DNA of 64,000 nt from Azolla caroliniana (Eukaryota; Plantae; Polypodiophyta). The stretch is taken from positions 15,314,001-15,378,000 of the forward strand of contig JBHGNT010000016.1 in assembly GCA_043228905.1 (NCBI GenBank), read 5' to 3'. The notes below the pieces were generated by a model. The model searched no databases and was not told the origin of the DNA. It was given only the letters and a program-made list of their open reading frames with translations. Numbering within the stretch: the first letter of the stretch is position 1; every line of letters begins with the position of its first letter. Below are positions 51,256 through 64,000 of this stretch, in pieces. The position numbers were made by a program, and so were the translations under genes.

Positions 51256-54200
51256 CCGGCAAAGCTCAGTGTACAAGTAACCATTGTACCTACAATATTT
51301 GGTGTGACATTTTCTTGCCCATAATATAACCCAAAAGTTTGCAAGGAATTGGGGAGGAATACTTTATTGATTCCAATATTGAAATGAAGCCGGTAACACA
51401 TCTTGTGTATCTGAAAGCAAATGTCTTCCTAATTGTACAAAATATTGGAAGAAATTGAACTTGTTACACGTAAAAGGATCTGTCCACTGATAATCAATTG
51501 GGTCCCAACCTAATTTGAATACTGATTTTTTAGCCAACACCCACAACTTCCAATGTGCCCTTATTTCCTCTATCACTGGATCAATATACCAATTACGGTT
51601 GGCATATTCGATGACCCTTATCTTGTGTTCAATAGCATAAGGGTAATATATCACCATTTCCCCCGATTGAGACAATTGGTTTGTTTCATCCACCTCAAAA
51701 TAACGGTAGGTCTTATCATCGGAATACCCCTTAACAGCCAAGAGTACTTTCAATCTTGAAAAACCCCAACCCATCTGTGGTTAGAGTTATTGGGTGGTAT
51801 GGGGAGTCTACTCATAGATTCCTGAATTTGTTGATATATTATTTGGCCACCATGCATATTACCTAGGATTTCTTTTTGCTCTTCCCATGAACACAATAAA
51901 AATCCTTGCCAAGTCTGAACTGTTTTTGCAGGACCTTCTGTCATTTTTCCCATGATAACCATTGTCTAGAACCCAACACTAAACCATTTGATGTTGTAAA
52001 CAACGAGTTCCAAACTATCCTTTGTCTGAGATACTCAAGATAATGTTTGGGTTTAGGTTTATTACGAAGCAAACTAGAAAATACTTGTTTCCATGCTGAA
52101 AATAATGTCCTAATAAAATTGTCTTCCCATCTATTGGCTGAAGGTACTCGGAAATTTTCCCTAAATATCCAATTTACATCCTTCAACCAAGGGGAACATA
52201 AGCGAGTCAAGCAATAATATTTTCCATATCTCTCGCCCCAGCATAAATACTCTAATGAGCAACTTACTTAACAATGCTCTTGATTCATTTGGTCTACTGG
52301 ATCAACAATACCTAATCCCCCTTTAGAATGAGGTAAGGTAATAACATCCCATTTCACTTTAGAATGAGCATTGCCTTCCGTTTTACTGGACCACAAAAAA
52401 TTACGAATCAATCTACGTATTTTTAGAATACACGACTTGGAGAATATCCAACGTGACAAAACATACCATGTTGAAGCCAATAAAACCTAATTAGCAACTA
52501 CAATCCGACTAGCAAAAGACAACTTGGCTGAACTCCATAATAACAACTTTTTCCGTAATGACAATAGGAGGGTTGCCACTCGATTTTCCATTGAAAGATC
52601 AATACCTCCTATAGTGCATCCTAGGTACCGAACTAGGCAACCTGATGGTATCCACCAAAATTGCGGATGTGGATTCCATAAAGGAGGATCTACATCCCCC
52701 ACCCAAAATGCAAAGGACTTGTTCCAATTGATTAGTGCACCTGAAGCCTTACAAAATGTGGATATAGCCAATTCTGTTATTTGCAAATTTTCCAAATCAC
52801 CTTTTAAGTATAGGGCAATGTCATCTACAAATTCAGCATCCCTTACTTCTATATGTGAGAGTGGGATGCATAGTCCCCTGTATACCAATATCACCAACAT
52901 TCAAAAAAGAAACCATTGCCTCATCAAAAAACAGAAACAGAAAGGGAGCCAAAGGATAACCCTGGCAAACTAATCAAACTAATCGAACTAATCAAGAAAT
53001 AGAAAATAAAAGGCCATAATTCCCATCCAGTAAGACTCGGCTTTGTGCAGAATTATATAATGAAGAAATACCTCTTATCCATTCTTTCGAGAAACCAAAA
53101 TGAGCCAATACACCTTGTAGAATTTCCCAGTCAACACGATCATAAGCTTTCTCAAAATCAAGCATAACAACGGCCAACGTTTGATTAGATTTGGCTGCCA
53201 AGGCCACAGATTCCCTAAATGTATAAACATTATCCAAAATGCTCCTTTCTCGAATGAATCTTGTTAGAGTGGGATGTATAATTGTAGGCATTATAGTACT
53301 AAGTCGTATACTAACTGCTTTAGCTAGGATTTTATACACTGTATTCAATAGTGTAATCGACCGTCATTTCTTGATATCCAGTGAAGGACTATCTGATTTA
53401 GAGATAAGGTAAATTAGTCCTTCTATAAAATGTGAAGGCATATTACCCTCTCGAAGTTTTTGTTGGAATGTTGTACATAAATCTACTTTGAATAAGTCCC
53501 AATATTTAATGAAGAATGTTGGGGTTAGACCATCCATACTTGGGCAACATCATTTTGGCAAAGTTTGAAGTGCTTCACTCAATTTATCATAAGTGAGAAC
53601 GTCTTGAAGACATACATTCATATCTTATATTATTCTTGGATTCAACTTATTCCATACACAGGACCGACTTATTAATTCCTCATTGGGAAAGGAAACAACT
53701 GATAATAGGTTGGAAGAGTATTGTGTGGCTATTTTTCTCATCACTTGAGGGTTAGATGAGATGGTCCCATTCTCATGTTGTAGTTGTTTGAGTGAAACCA
53801 CATTATGATTGGGTCTCATTGCATGAAAAAATTCAGTTGTGCATTTATCACCCATTTGGGTCCAATTACCTGTCCTACAATGATATTGAAATTTGGCATG
53901 CTTTTCTAATCGCTCAACAAGTTCTTGTTTTGTTGACCCAAGTTTCGCAACAATCCAAGTACAATGTGGATAACGTTCATGTAACCGTTGTAAAGAAACA
54001 AGAGAAGTACAAGACCTTTTCTCCTTTTCTTGCATCATAGAAAACCTTTCCTTGGCTTTACACCTGAAAATTTCGGAAATACTTTGTAAGCCATTAGTTA
54101 CCTACATAGCCATTGATTCTTGCACAACATCTTTTTGAGACCATAATTCAGTGACTTGTAATGAAAAGTTATTGTCTAACAACAGATTTTCAGGAATCTT

Positions 54201-55755
54201 GAAATTGAAAAATTCTTTAAGGTTTTGAGTTGAGACTGAAAGAATAACTAGAGCATGATTAGAAAAGGTAGTTCCAGGCATTATATGTTTGTACCAGTTG
54301 TTGAAAGAAATTTGCCAGATAAATAAAATCTATCCAAATGAGATAGATTAGTACCATTTACATGCCTATCTGATCTTGAAAACAAAAGTGAGGTGTTTGT
54401 ACGAACCATCGAAGGACCATGCCAAGCATCTAACATTTGTAAGGAAAACACGAATTGCTCCCACATTGCTAATTCATGGCCATGTATCGTGATTGAGCTA
54501 CCTCCCATTTTATCCATGGGGTCCTCAAGCATGTTGAAATCACCAACGATACACCAATGATCAAGAGGAGGCAAATTATTTAATTAATCTTTCCAAAATT
54601 GTTGTCGAGCAGAGGCTGTATTGGGAGCATATATATTCAAGAGTCCCCATGTAATCTCTCCCTCTAGGATAATAACAAATTGAGCCCTTCTAGGAATAAC
54701 CACTTGTTTTTGGATAATGGATGGAATCCACCTTTGAGAAGTAGCCATACAAACCCCACCACAGACTTCCGTGTTGCCTACTACGGGGGACCAAAACATG
54801 TCCCAATTTCTAGATAGAATAGAACCATAACGAGAAATTCTAAAAGTATTTAAATGACGTTCTTGTATTAAAAGAAAATCCAGGGATCCACCCACTACGC
54901 ATTTGTTAATTGCTTGACGGAGATGATGTTTGTATTGTCTATATAAGGGGTCCCCTAACCCCTGAACATTCCATGACATCACTTGCATTTAAGGAAACTT
55001 AGGTTGCTATGACACCATTTTCATGTTTTTTGCTAATGGTTCCAAATTGACCTCATTGCCATCTTGCTCACCACTTATTGAACATGATAAAGGTATCGCA
55101 TCAGGTATCATTCTATAATGATGATGAGCTTTAGCTAATACTTGCCCTTCCGATAACCCATCTTCATGAATATAGGTATATCCACAATTTGGAAGGATCT
55201 TAGAATCTAAGGAGACAACCACCTGCCTCTGCCCCATCACATCAAACACTGGCAAAAGTTGCATAGTTGCTACCTCAAATCCCCTTAATATTACTTCCCC
55301 AAAATTTTCACAATTAACATATTTCGCGAAATGTAATGTTTGTTGTCTAACAACCAATCGAACATCCGTTGCCACCCCTGTTTATTTATCATATCCACAA
55401 AAGGAAAGGAAAAGCCTACAAGATATTGCGTAGACTTGAAAGGAACATGAACACACATTGATGCAACCCCATTATCAACCATTTCTCCCAAAACTTTCAA
55501 AAACTCAAACCCATTTGTGGCATTCCATCTAGTGACTGCAAAATCACAAGTATTTTCTACTTGAGAGTTTATCCTGATTGTGCGAATGAAGTTCGCATTA
55601 AACCCTGTCAAGCTAGACGATCATTTTATAGATATATGAAATGGTCGAGATGCATTAAGCAAGTTCAAATGTTGTTTACTTGATACCATTGTTGTTTTAC
55701 TCTGAGTGGGCATAATAAGGGTATTGACTAATTCAATCTCTTCTCCACTAAGAAT
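51256..55755 (-). mobile_element. Degenerate L1 LINE body (ORF2 EN-RT and ORF1 end)
   Basis: APE endonuclease (MSWNVQGL at 54988, GDFN, LDRFY), RT (LDFEKAYDRVDW, FVDD, RYLG). Many stops. Confidence 0.92.
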
Positions 55756-56063
55756 TGTCATGACCTTATGTTACATGGGTCGAGCTCTTGACCATTAGAC
55801 TATATGTTGTAATACAAAGGATATTATTTTCATTTAGGTTTTACTATAGAAAATTGATGTATATTCCAGATTTCTCTGGAACATTCTAGAAATTTCAGGA
55901 GTACTCGTGAGAACACTATAAAAGGAGGCACAAGGCATTATTTCGAACCAAATCGGTTCAACGCTAGTCTTAAGCCTCCTAGCTACTATTGTATATTCCC
56001 TTAACATAATATATATCTTTTTTTATCCTCATTCTCTCTCTCTCTCTCTCTCAACTCTCTCAC

Positions 56064-56805
56064 ATTGAATACATGCTTAAGGTTCAAAAAAGTCCCTCGC
56101 ATTGACTTCCTAGAATTGCGTGGGAAGTAAGCAAAAAGATCCAAAAGACGCATAAAAGCAAAATTTTGTGTTCCGGTTGGATGCAAGATATAGAAAAATG
56201 GTTTGGTAGATGGGATGCGAGACACTTGCTTCATGATGCATCATTAGATTCCTCTGTAAATGAGGCCTTTTTGCAACGCCAATGTATCATGACATGGGAC
56301 AAATGTGGAGGCTTGCACTTCACACATTATACTACACATGTTGCACCTAACTACAAAACCATATTCTTTGCGGAACGGGGAAATCGTACACATCGATACA
56401 TGTTAGAGCCCATACTGTTATCTGCCATTCGAATCGTTGCTTCCATGCGACTTAGCTCACATGCATTGTGATGTGAAACAGGGCGTTGGGGCACAAGTGA
56501 TGAGAGTGGTCGACTATGCACACTTTGCCCTAAACAAGTTCGCGAGTCTGAGTATCACACTTTGATACAATACTCTACCTTTGATCATATTCGACCATGC
56601 TTTCCACATCTCTTCGACCGATCCCAAAATTTGCATGAATTCCTCTCACAACCACAATGTGCACTCTCAATTGCAACATTCATTGGTAAAGTTCTTGAAC
56701 ATCGAGAGTCACTACTCACTTTCACATGTATCACGTGAAATGTAATATTTTTGGTCTCATAGGTCATATTTGACCTCTGAAGACGATAATATAATCTATC
56801 TATCT
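56064..56805 (+). mobile_element. 5'-truncated RTEX-like LINE inserted in the chromovirus 5' LTR
   Basis: Absent from the other LTR copies. MRLSSHAL..ETGRW..RLCTLCP..ESEYH motif, (ATCT)n tail, flanked by tctcac direct repeats. Confidence 0.8.
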
Positions 56806-56938
56806 GTCTCACTCTTTCATTCTCTTGAGAGTTCTACACCTCCCTTAATACTAATCTTCATTTTTTAGTACTAATTCCTTCTCTATCTTAGTACTGTTCC
56901 TGACAATACTTCTCTGTCTTAGTAATGCTCCTGACAGT

Positions 56939-56950
56939 TTGAACCGATTT
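56939..56950 (+). promoter_or_regulatory. Self-priming-type PBS (ttgaaccgattt)
   Basis: Starts 2 nt after the LTR end. Exact reverse complement of 55950-55961, which begins 33 nt after TATAAAA at 55917. Also present in copy 1 at ~19564-19575. Confidence 0.8.
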
Positions 56951-58161
56951 TTCTCTCCTTCCTTCTCTTCCTTTATCTTCGTACTTCTCCCTCCCTTCAT
57001 ACTAATCTCTTATTCCTCTTTTCTCTCATACTATGGCCATTGTTAGTGCTCAAGAATATCAATCCGTTTTCTCAAAGTTGCAATGCTTGAAAGAGAAGTT
57101 CCTTGCTTTGGAACAAGAAAATCAACGGTTGTTGGGGGATCTTCATCAAATCTCCTTAGAAAAGCAGCAGAAGCAACAACAACATGGGGAACTAGTGGTA
57201 CGCGTGCAACAACTCGACGCAGCCTTAGTAGCGATGCAACAACAAGGATCCAGTACACAAGGGATTCATAAAGAACCCAAGATCGACCTACCCATGCAAT
57301 TCGATGGAACGCGATTGCAATTTAGAGGATTCCTTAATCAGGTACGATTAGTCATTCAAATGCATCCTTCTCAATATCCCACCCATGCATCACGAGTGGG
57401 ACTAGTAGGCACTCTACTTAGTGGCACAACTTTGCCATGGTTCGCCCACTTGTTAGAAAAAAGCTCTCCCTTGTTAAATAATTTCGAAGAGTTTATTACC
57501 GAGTTTAAAGCCTGTTTTGGAGATACTGACAGTGTTAGAACAACAATCAACAAAATACGAAGATTGCGCCAAGGTGAGTGGCCGACCTCGTCTTATGCTG
57601 CGGATTTCCGTCTTCTCGCCACCGATATTCCCTGGGATGACCAGGCACTAATGGAGCAATTTCGTTTTGGCCTACGTAATGATGTTAAAGATTTATTCTT
57701 AACTTTCCTCGAGGAGCCAAAGTCATTGACACAAGCAATCAGTCGTGTGGTGCGATGCGATAATCGCCTCTACGAATGACGTTCAGAACATCAGTTACAA
57801 ATGCCACGGACAAGATCGGAGCCCACCTACGCTTCAATCGTAGCAAAACCTTTCCCAAGGGAGTCATTCAATACGTCTCCAACAAATGCTCCCACTCCAA
57901 TGGAAATCGACACCACACGTCGCTGCGAACCACTATCGGAAGAAGAAAAGCAGCGACGCAGGGCAAATCGATTATGTCTTTATTGTGGTGGACCGGGGCA
58001 TATTGCAATGAACTGCCCCCATCGCTGAAAAGGCAAGTAAATCAAATAACCGCTAGTACTAATAGTACTAAACCCGAGTCTATTCCTCTAGGTGTGTCTG
58101 ATAGTCCTAATAGCCCAAGCCTTTCAAACAAATTTGAAATCCTTAGTCAACTAGAAGAAGA

Positions 58162-58206
58162 GTTAAACGATTAAGTCTAGCCAAAATAGGAGCCGTTTGG
58201 TTGGAC
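58162..58206 (+). promoter_or_regulatory. Putative -1 ribosomal frameshift signal (G_TTA_AAC plus stem-loop)
   Basis: Lies at the gag/pol overlap; conserved in copy 1 (18305-18349, minus strand). Confidence 0.7.
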
Positions 58207-61200
58207 AACCCTAGATCTGTTCAACCCATTAGTGGTTCCATTTCCTCTAAGCAAGTTAGCAATGTGTTCTTAGCTCAAGTATTGGTTAGTACTAAAAGTA
58301 CTTCTCCAGTACATGTCTTAGAACTCTTAGATTCCAGAGCCAACTCTTGATTCATGGATAGGAATTTTGCCCAAGCTCATCAAATATCCCTAAAGAAACT
58401 CCCATGTCCAGCCTTTGTAGTAGTCATTGATGGTCGTCCCATTGCTTCTGGGAATATTATAGAAGAGTCAAAACCCATTAATATTGTCCTAGATAACTTA
58501 GCGTGTGTAGTATCATTTAATATAATTAGTATCCTAGAACATCCCATTGTTTTGGGATTACCATGGTTTGAATTACATAACCTAGCCATAGATTGGAGAA
58601 CAAGAGAAATACGGTGTCGACAAACCCGAGGATCTACTTGTAAGATTGCAACCATTTCGCTACATCAGTTGCGTGAGGAAGGACGCAAGGAAGAAATGTT
58701 TCTCTTCGCAATATCAGTAAACCCCTCCAGTATCAATAAAGAGGAGTCCACCATTAAACTTCCAGAGAAGTATCGTCATTATGCTGATGTGTTCGATAAA
58801 GTACGAGCTAATACACTTCCTCACCATTAACCGTATGATTGCCCCATCGATTTACAACCGGGAAAAGAGCCACCATGGGAACCGATCTACAATTTGTCAC
58901 CAACCGAGCTAGAAGTCCTTCAAGCATATATAGAGGAGAATTTGGCAAATGGTTTCCTTCGACATTCGAAATCTCCAGCCGGCGCACCCATTTTCTTCAT
59001 CAAGAAAAAGGATGGATCACTTCGTCTCGTCATAGATTACCATGGGTTGAATAAAATCACAATCAGGAATAGGTATGCACTTCCTCTTATCTCAAGTCTT
59101 TTAGAACGGATCAATGATGCAAGGTTCTTCACAAAGATCGACTTACGAGGAGCGTATAATCTCGTACAGATCTGACCAGGAGATAAATGGAAGACTGCGT
59201 TTTGCACCAGATATGGGCACTTCGTTCAGCCTCACTAATGCGCGAGTAGTCTTCCAGCACATGGCAAATGATATATTCCGATATCTCTTGGATGATTTTT
59301 CGATCATCTATTTGGATGATCTACTAGTTTATTCGAAGACCCAAGAAGAACATCATTCTCATGTATTGTTAGTACTAAAACGACTTCGAGAACATGGTCT
59401 TTATGCAAAACTGGAAAAATGTAGTTTCAGGCGCAACCAAGTAGAATTTTTGGGCTATGTCATTTCCTCAGAAGGCATCTCCATGGATCTAACTAAGATC
59501 AAAACGGTGGTAGAGTGGTAGACTCTGCGTTCATTGGGAGATGTGCAATGCTTTTTAGGCTTTGCCAATTTTTACCGCAAGTTCATACAAGATTACTCAA
59601 AGCTTGTTCTGCCTCTCACACAACTTACCAGGAAGGGAAAATCGTTCGTCTGGTCTGAAGAAGCGGACATTGCTTTTGAGAGTCTTAAGAAGGCATTTAC
59701 ATCAGCTCCTATTTTAGCTCATGTTGATCCAAAAAAACCATTCATCATTGAAGCAGACATGTCAGATTTCGCCTTGGGTAGCATTCTGTCTCAACAGGCG
59801 ATGATGAAAAGCTCCATCCTGTGGCTTTCCATTCACGTAAGTTTGACGCCGCGGAAATCAACTATGAAATTCATGATAAGGAGCTATTAGCAATAGTGCA
59901 CTCTTTTACGCAATGGAGGCATTTTCTAGAGGGGTGTTCTCATCAAGTCATCGTATTCAGTGATCACAAAAACCTTGCCTACTTTCAGAATGCTCGTGTG
60001 TTAAATTGACGTCAAGCTCGGTGGGCCCAATTCCTCACTCGTTTCGAATTCAAAATTACATATCTTCTAGGGAAGCAACAAGGGAAGGTAGATGCATTAT
60101 CACGACGTTCGTATCTAGCACCGCGTCCCGGCGAGCCGGCTTTCGATAACCAAAAGCAAGTAATCTTGGGACTGGCACGACTGCAAGCAACGTAGGTCTT
60201 CGGTATGCCCTTGGATTCCCACATTATCGATACCATACGTGAGGACTTGAAGACGGATGTTTTCGCTCAAGCCATTCTAGCACAAATTGATCCCTCTCGA
60301 GTATCTTGTTCACAATCCCAACACCCAAGTACGGATTATCAACAATTCGAATGTCATGATGGATTACTATTCTTTAAGAAACTCTTGTATGTTCCTAATG
60401 ATACTTGTCGCTTTCAAGTAGTCCAAAACTGTCATGACACATATACAGTTGGGCATTTTGGAGTACTAAAACACTAGATTTAGTACAACGATCCTTTTGG
60501 TGGCCCCATATGCGACAATTTGTCGAAGATTTTGTTCGGACTTGTGATACATGTTGTAGAGAAAAAATGCCAAGGCATCATCCATATGGTTTATTAGAAC
60601 CATTACCAATTCCAAGTAAGGCATGGCAATCCATTGCCCTAAATTTCATCATAGATCTTCCGGTCTCTAAGGGATTCGATGCGATCTTAACAGTAGTAGA
60701 TTGATATACGAAGATGGCCCATTTCCTACCATGTACTAAGGAAATCTCCAGTGAAGTAACCGCCAAAATTGTCATGCGTGAAGTATGTCGGCATCATGGC
60801 CTTCCCGATAGTATCATCAGGGACCATGGACCCTAGTTCGTCTCAAAGTTCTGGAAGCACCTCTTTAAAATGCTTAAGTTCACTTGTAACCTCTCCTCCG
60901 GCTACCACCCACAAACAGACGACCAAGCAGAACGAACAAATCAAATGTTGGAGTAGTATCTTTAGTGCTTTTTAAGCTATCATCTAGATGATTGGGTGGA
61001 TATTCTCCACTTCGCCGAATTCGTGTATAATAACTCTGTCCACTCATCGACAAAGGTGACACCATTTTATGCTTACACAGGCTATCACCCCCAATGGTGT
61101 GTATTTGAAACCCCAGAGTTACCCACAAATCCTTGTGTAGAGGATCGTTTGGAGCGGCTACGTAAGATACAAGTGGATTTATCTACTCATCTATAGCAAG

Positions 61201-62164
61201 CTCAATAAACACACAAGGTTTACATGGATCATCATCGGCTTCCATCCACTTTTGACATTGGAGATCGGGTGTGGCTACTGCGACGACACTTCAAGACTAC
61301 TTGCCCATGCGAGAAGTTGGATTACCGGTGATTAGGTCCTTTCCGTATTATTGGAAAAATTAATGATGTCGTTTTTTGTCTCGATCTACCTCCACAACTT
61401 CAGATACATCTGGTGTTTCATAGTTCTCTCCTCAAACCCTATCAAGATAGCACCATCCGAGGTTGTATTAAACAACCTCCATCCCTGATTGAGCTTGAAG
61501 ATGGACCTGAGTACGAGGTTGCCGCCATCTTCGATTCCAAGATTGTTCGCAACAAGCTCTACTATTTAGTCAATTGGCTAGGATATAGTCCCAGTGAACA
61601 TACTTGGGAACTAATAGAGAATGTGACCAATGCTCGTGCTCTTTTTGAAGACTTCCATCGTCAATATCCAAACAAACCTGGTCCTCAATCTAAAACGACT
61701 CGTGACAGTCGTCGTTTTAAAGGGGGGATAGTGTCATGATATGGCAAGACTCGAACCTATGACCTTATGTTACATGGGTCGAGTTCTTGACCATTTGACT
61801 ATATGTTGTAACACAAAAAATATTATTTTCATTTAGGTTTTACTATAGAAAATTGATGTATATTCCAGATTTCTCTAGAACATTCTAGAAACTTTAGGAG
61901 TACTCCTGAGAACACTATAAAAGAAGGCACAAGGCATTATTTCGAACCAAATTCGTTCAACGCCAGTCTTAAGCCTCCTAACTACTATTGTATATTCCCT
62001 GAACATAATATATATCTTTTGTTATCCTCATTCTCTCTCTCTTTCACTCACTCACTCTTTCATTCTCTCAAGAGTTCTACACCTCCCTTAGTACTAATTC
62101 CTTCTCTATCTTAGTATTGTTCCTGGTAGTGCTTCTCTGTCTTAGTACTACTCCTGACAGGAAT

Positions 62165-62700
62165 AGATTGTTCAGAAACATTACTAATTTGGCATATTTG
62201 AACATCATTTTGAGATAAAGAGTTATCTAATTCCTGTAAGACATCATAACGATTTATACTTACGTGAGCACCCTTAGATTTTATGCTCTTATTGGGTATT
62301 GAGTGTCGCTTTTGAATTGGTCTCCACGTCTCATCCTTGGAGAGTTGAATGTACTTTTCCCTTTATCATCCTTGGAGGGCTGAACATTTTTCCCTTTCTT
62401 AGTTCCCTCAACTAGATGTGATTGTTGACTTTTATCCAGATTAACATGTTTAACATTTGTATGCTCATTACTTGTACCATTCTAAGATTTGAATCCCTTC
62501 TTCTTTTTTGGGCAATCTTTCAGTACATGTCCTTTCTGTTTACAATAACAACATTGTCCAAGCATACCTACATACTCCAATTTTTGTATGAACATCGAAT
62601 TCCCTTGTGATTGATGGTAAAAGTACCCAAGAAGGTAAATTTTACATTGAGGGAAATAATATTCTAATTGATGGGTATCTTGTCATCTTCGTTTCTAATG
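62165..62700 (-). mobile_element. Probable continuation of L1 ORF1 beyond the chromovirus insertion
   Basis: Reading frame joins across the TSD (..NVSEQSILSGEEIELV..). No diagnostic motif. Confidence 0.45.
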
Positions 62701-64000
62701 ACTCCTCAGCTCCAAGTTGTCGGCGGCCATGACGCCGAGCATGAAACGAAAGGTCATCATTTTCACCACTGGTGAAAAGATTTCGTCGAAGTCGATGCCA
62801 TATTCTTGTTGAAATCCCTTTGCAATTAATCTGGCCTTGTACTTTGGGTTGGTCGAGTCGGACGTGTCTTTTAGTCGATAGACCCACTTACATGGAACAA
62901 CACGACGATTCTCTGGTAATTCGACTAAGTCCCAAGTCTTGTTTGCCCGAATGGAGTGCATTTCCGACTCCATCGCCAGATGCCATGTGGTGGAATCGGT
63001 AGATGCCGATGCTTCTTTGTAAGACGTCGGTTCGCAAGCGTCAGTGAAGAAAGTTCCGGGAGAGTACCCCTCCGAAGGTTGCGACAGTCTCTCGGATTTG
63101 CGAGGTATGATTGAACTGGTCGCATTGGGTGTCGATGTCGGATGATCGGGAGCCGAGCCATTTGGCTTTGCCGAATCGGTGGATTCGGTGCGAGAGTTGT
63201 CGGTTACCCGTGAAACCGATCTCATGTTGGCACTTCGGAAAATATTACCCTTCGGACTTCAATAGGCCTTTCGGCCGGCCGACTCATTGAACAAGACGTT
63301 CGAACTTTGGACAATTTGTCTGTGCTCGGGGTCCCAGAGTCGGTATCCGATCTCACCGTCGGGTCCATACCCAAGAAAAACACATTTCCTTGACCTTGGT
63401 TTGAGTTTCTGGCAGTCATCTTTCGGTATGAGAGCATACGCCTTGCAACCAAAGATCCTCAGTTTGTCATAATTCGGCTTATTGCCGGTCCATATTTCCT
63501 GAGGTATTTGAAGTTCTTGAGGTCTACTTGGCGACATATTATTATGTGTACTACCGTAAGTAGAGCCTCCGCCCAGAAGCCATCTGATAGTCCGGAGTGT
63601 TGGAGCATGGATACTACGCGTTCTTGAATCGTCTGATTCATGCGTTCAACAATTCTGTTCTGCTCTGGACTATAGGGAGCCATATATTCACGTCGGATGC
63701 CACGTTCCCGACAGAATTTGATGAATTCTTCAGACTTGAATTCTCCTATATTGTCAGTTCGGAGACATTTCAATTTCCGACCGGTCTGATTTTCGACCAT
63801 TGCAAGCCATTCAGAGAAGATCGAGAACACCCGATCTTTGGTTATGATGGGGTAAGCCCACACCTTCCGAGTCGAGTCGTCAATAAAACTGATGAAGTAG
63901 GAAGCACCGCCGAGAGACTGATGTGGCATCGGGCCACAGACGTCCGAGTGGACCAAATCGAGGGGACTCGATTCTCTTGATGCTGATGTCGGGTGTGATA
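62701..64000 (-). mobile_element. Ty1/copia fragment of a third family (integrase to RT start), running off the window end
   Basis: VHSDVCGP..FIDD..LRTDN..PEQN, FGCKAY, KARLIAKGF..FSPVVK. Abruptly truncated at ~62700 with no LTR. Confidence 0.9.

Larger units (their letters stand above)
55756..62159 (+). mobile_element. Chromodomain Ty3/gypsy element, copy 2 (full-length, degenerate)
   Basis: LTRs 55756-56936 (contains a LINE insert) and 61732-62159. TSD agaat/ggaat. PPT aaaggggggatag to 61731. gag from 57033, PR, RT (YLDD), RH, INT, chromodomain 61413-61739. Confidence 0.95.

Noticed and set aside
20025-55756. Inversion mediated by the two oppositely oriented chromovirus copies
   Set aside because: Copy 2 retains its own TSD (agaat/ggaat), so the flanks have not been exchanged.

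Overview
Plant nuclear DNA, most likely a fern or other non-seed vascular plant (inferred from the TE families). About three quarters is nested retroelements. Two intron-containing host genes lie on the minus strand: a VND/NST/SMB-type NAC transcription factor (24231-27675) and an AIPP1/EDM3-like RRM protein (38846-41069). Mobile content: six Ty1/copia insertions plus a solo LTR, two copies of a chromodomain Ty3/gypsy element in opposite orientations, two older gypsy remnants, an L1 LINE, two RTEX-like LINE 3' fragments and a hAT-like MITE. One nest has four layers (L1 > MITE > copia > copia). The chromovirus is the most interesting element. It has no tRNA PBS; instead its PBS is complementary to its own predicted transcript 5' end (Tf1-type self-priming). 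Its LTR carries an outward-facing tRNA-like A-box/B-box module at the U3 tip, and gag-pol has a G_UUA_AAC plus stem-loop -1 frameshift signal. All calls were made by eye; no searches or alignments were run.
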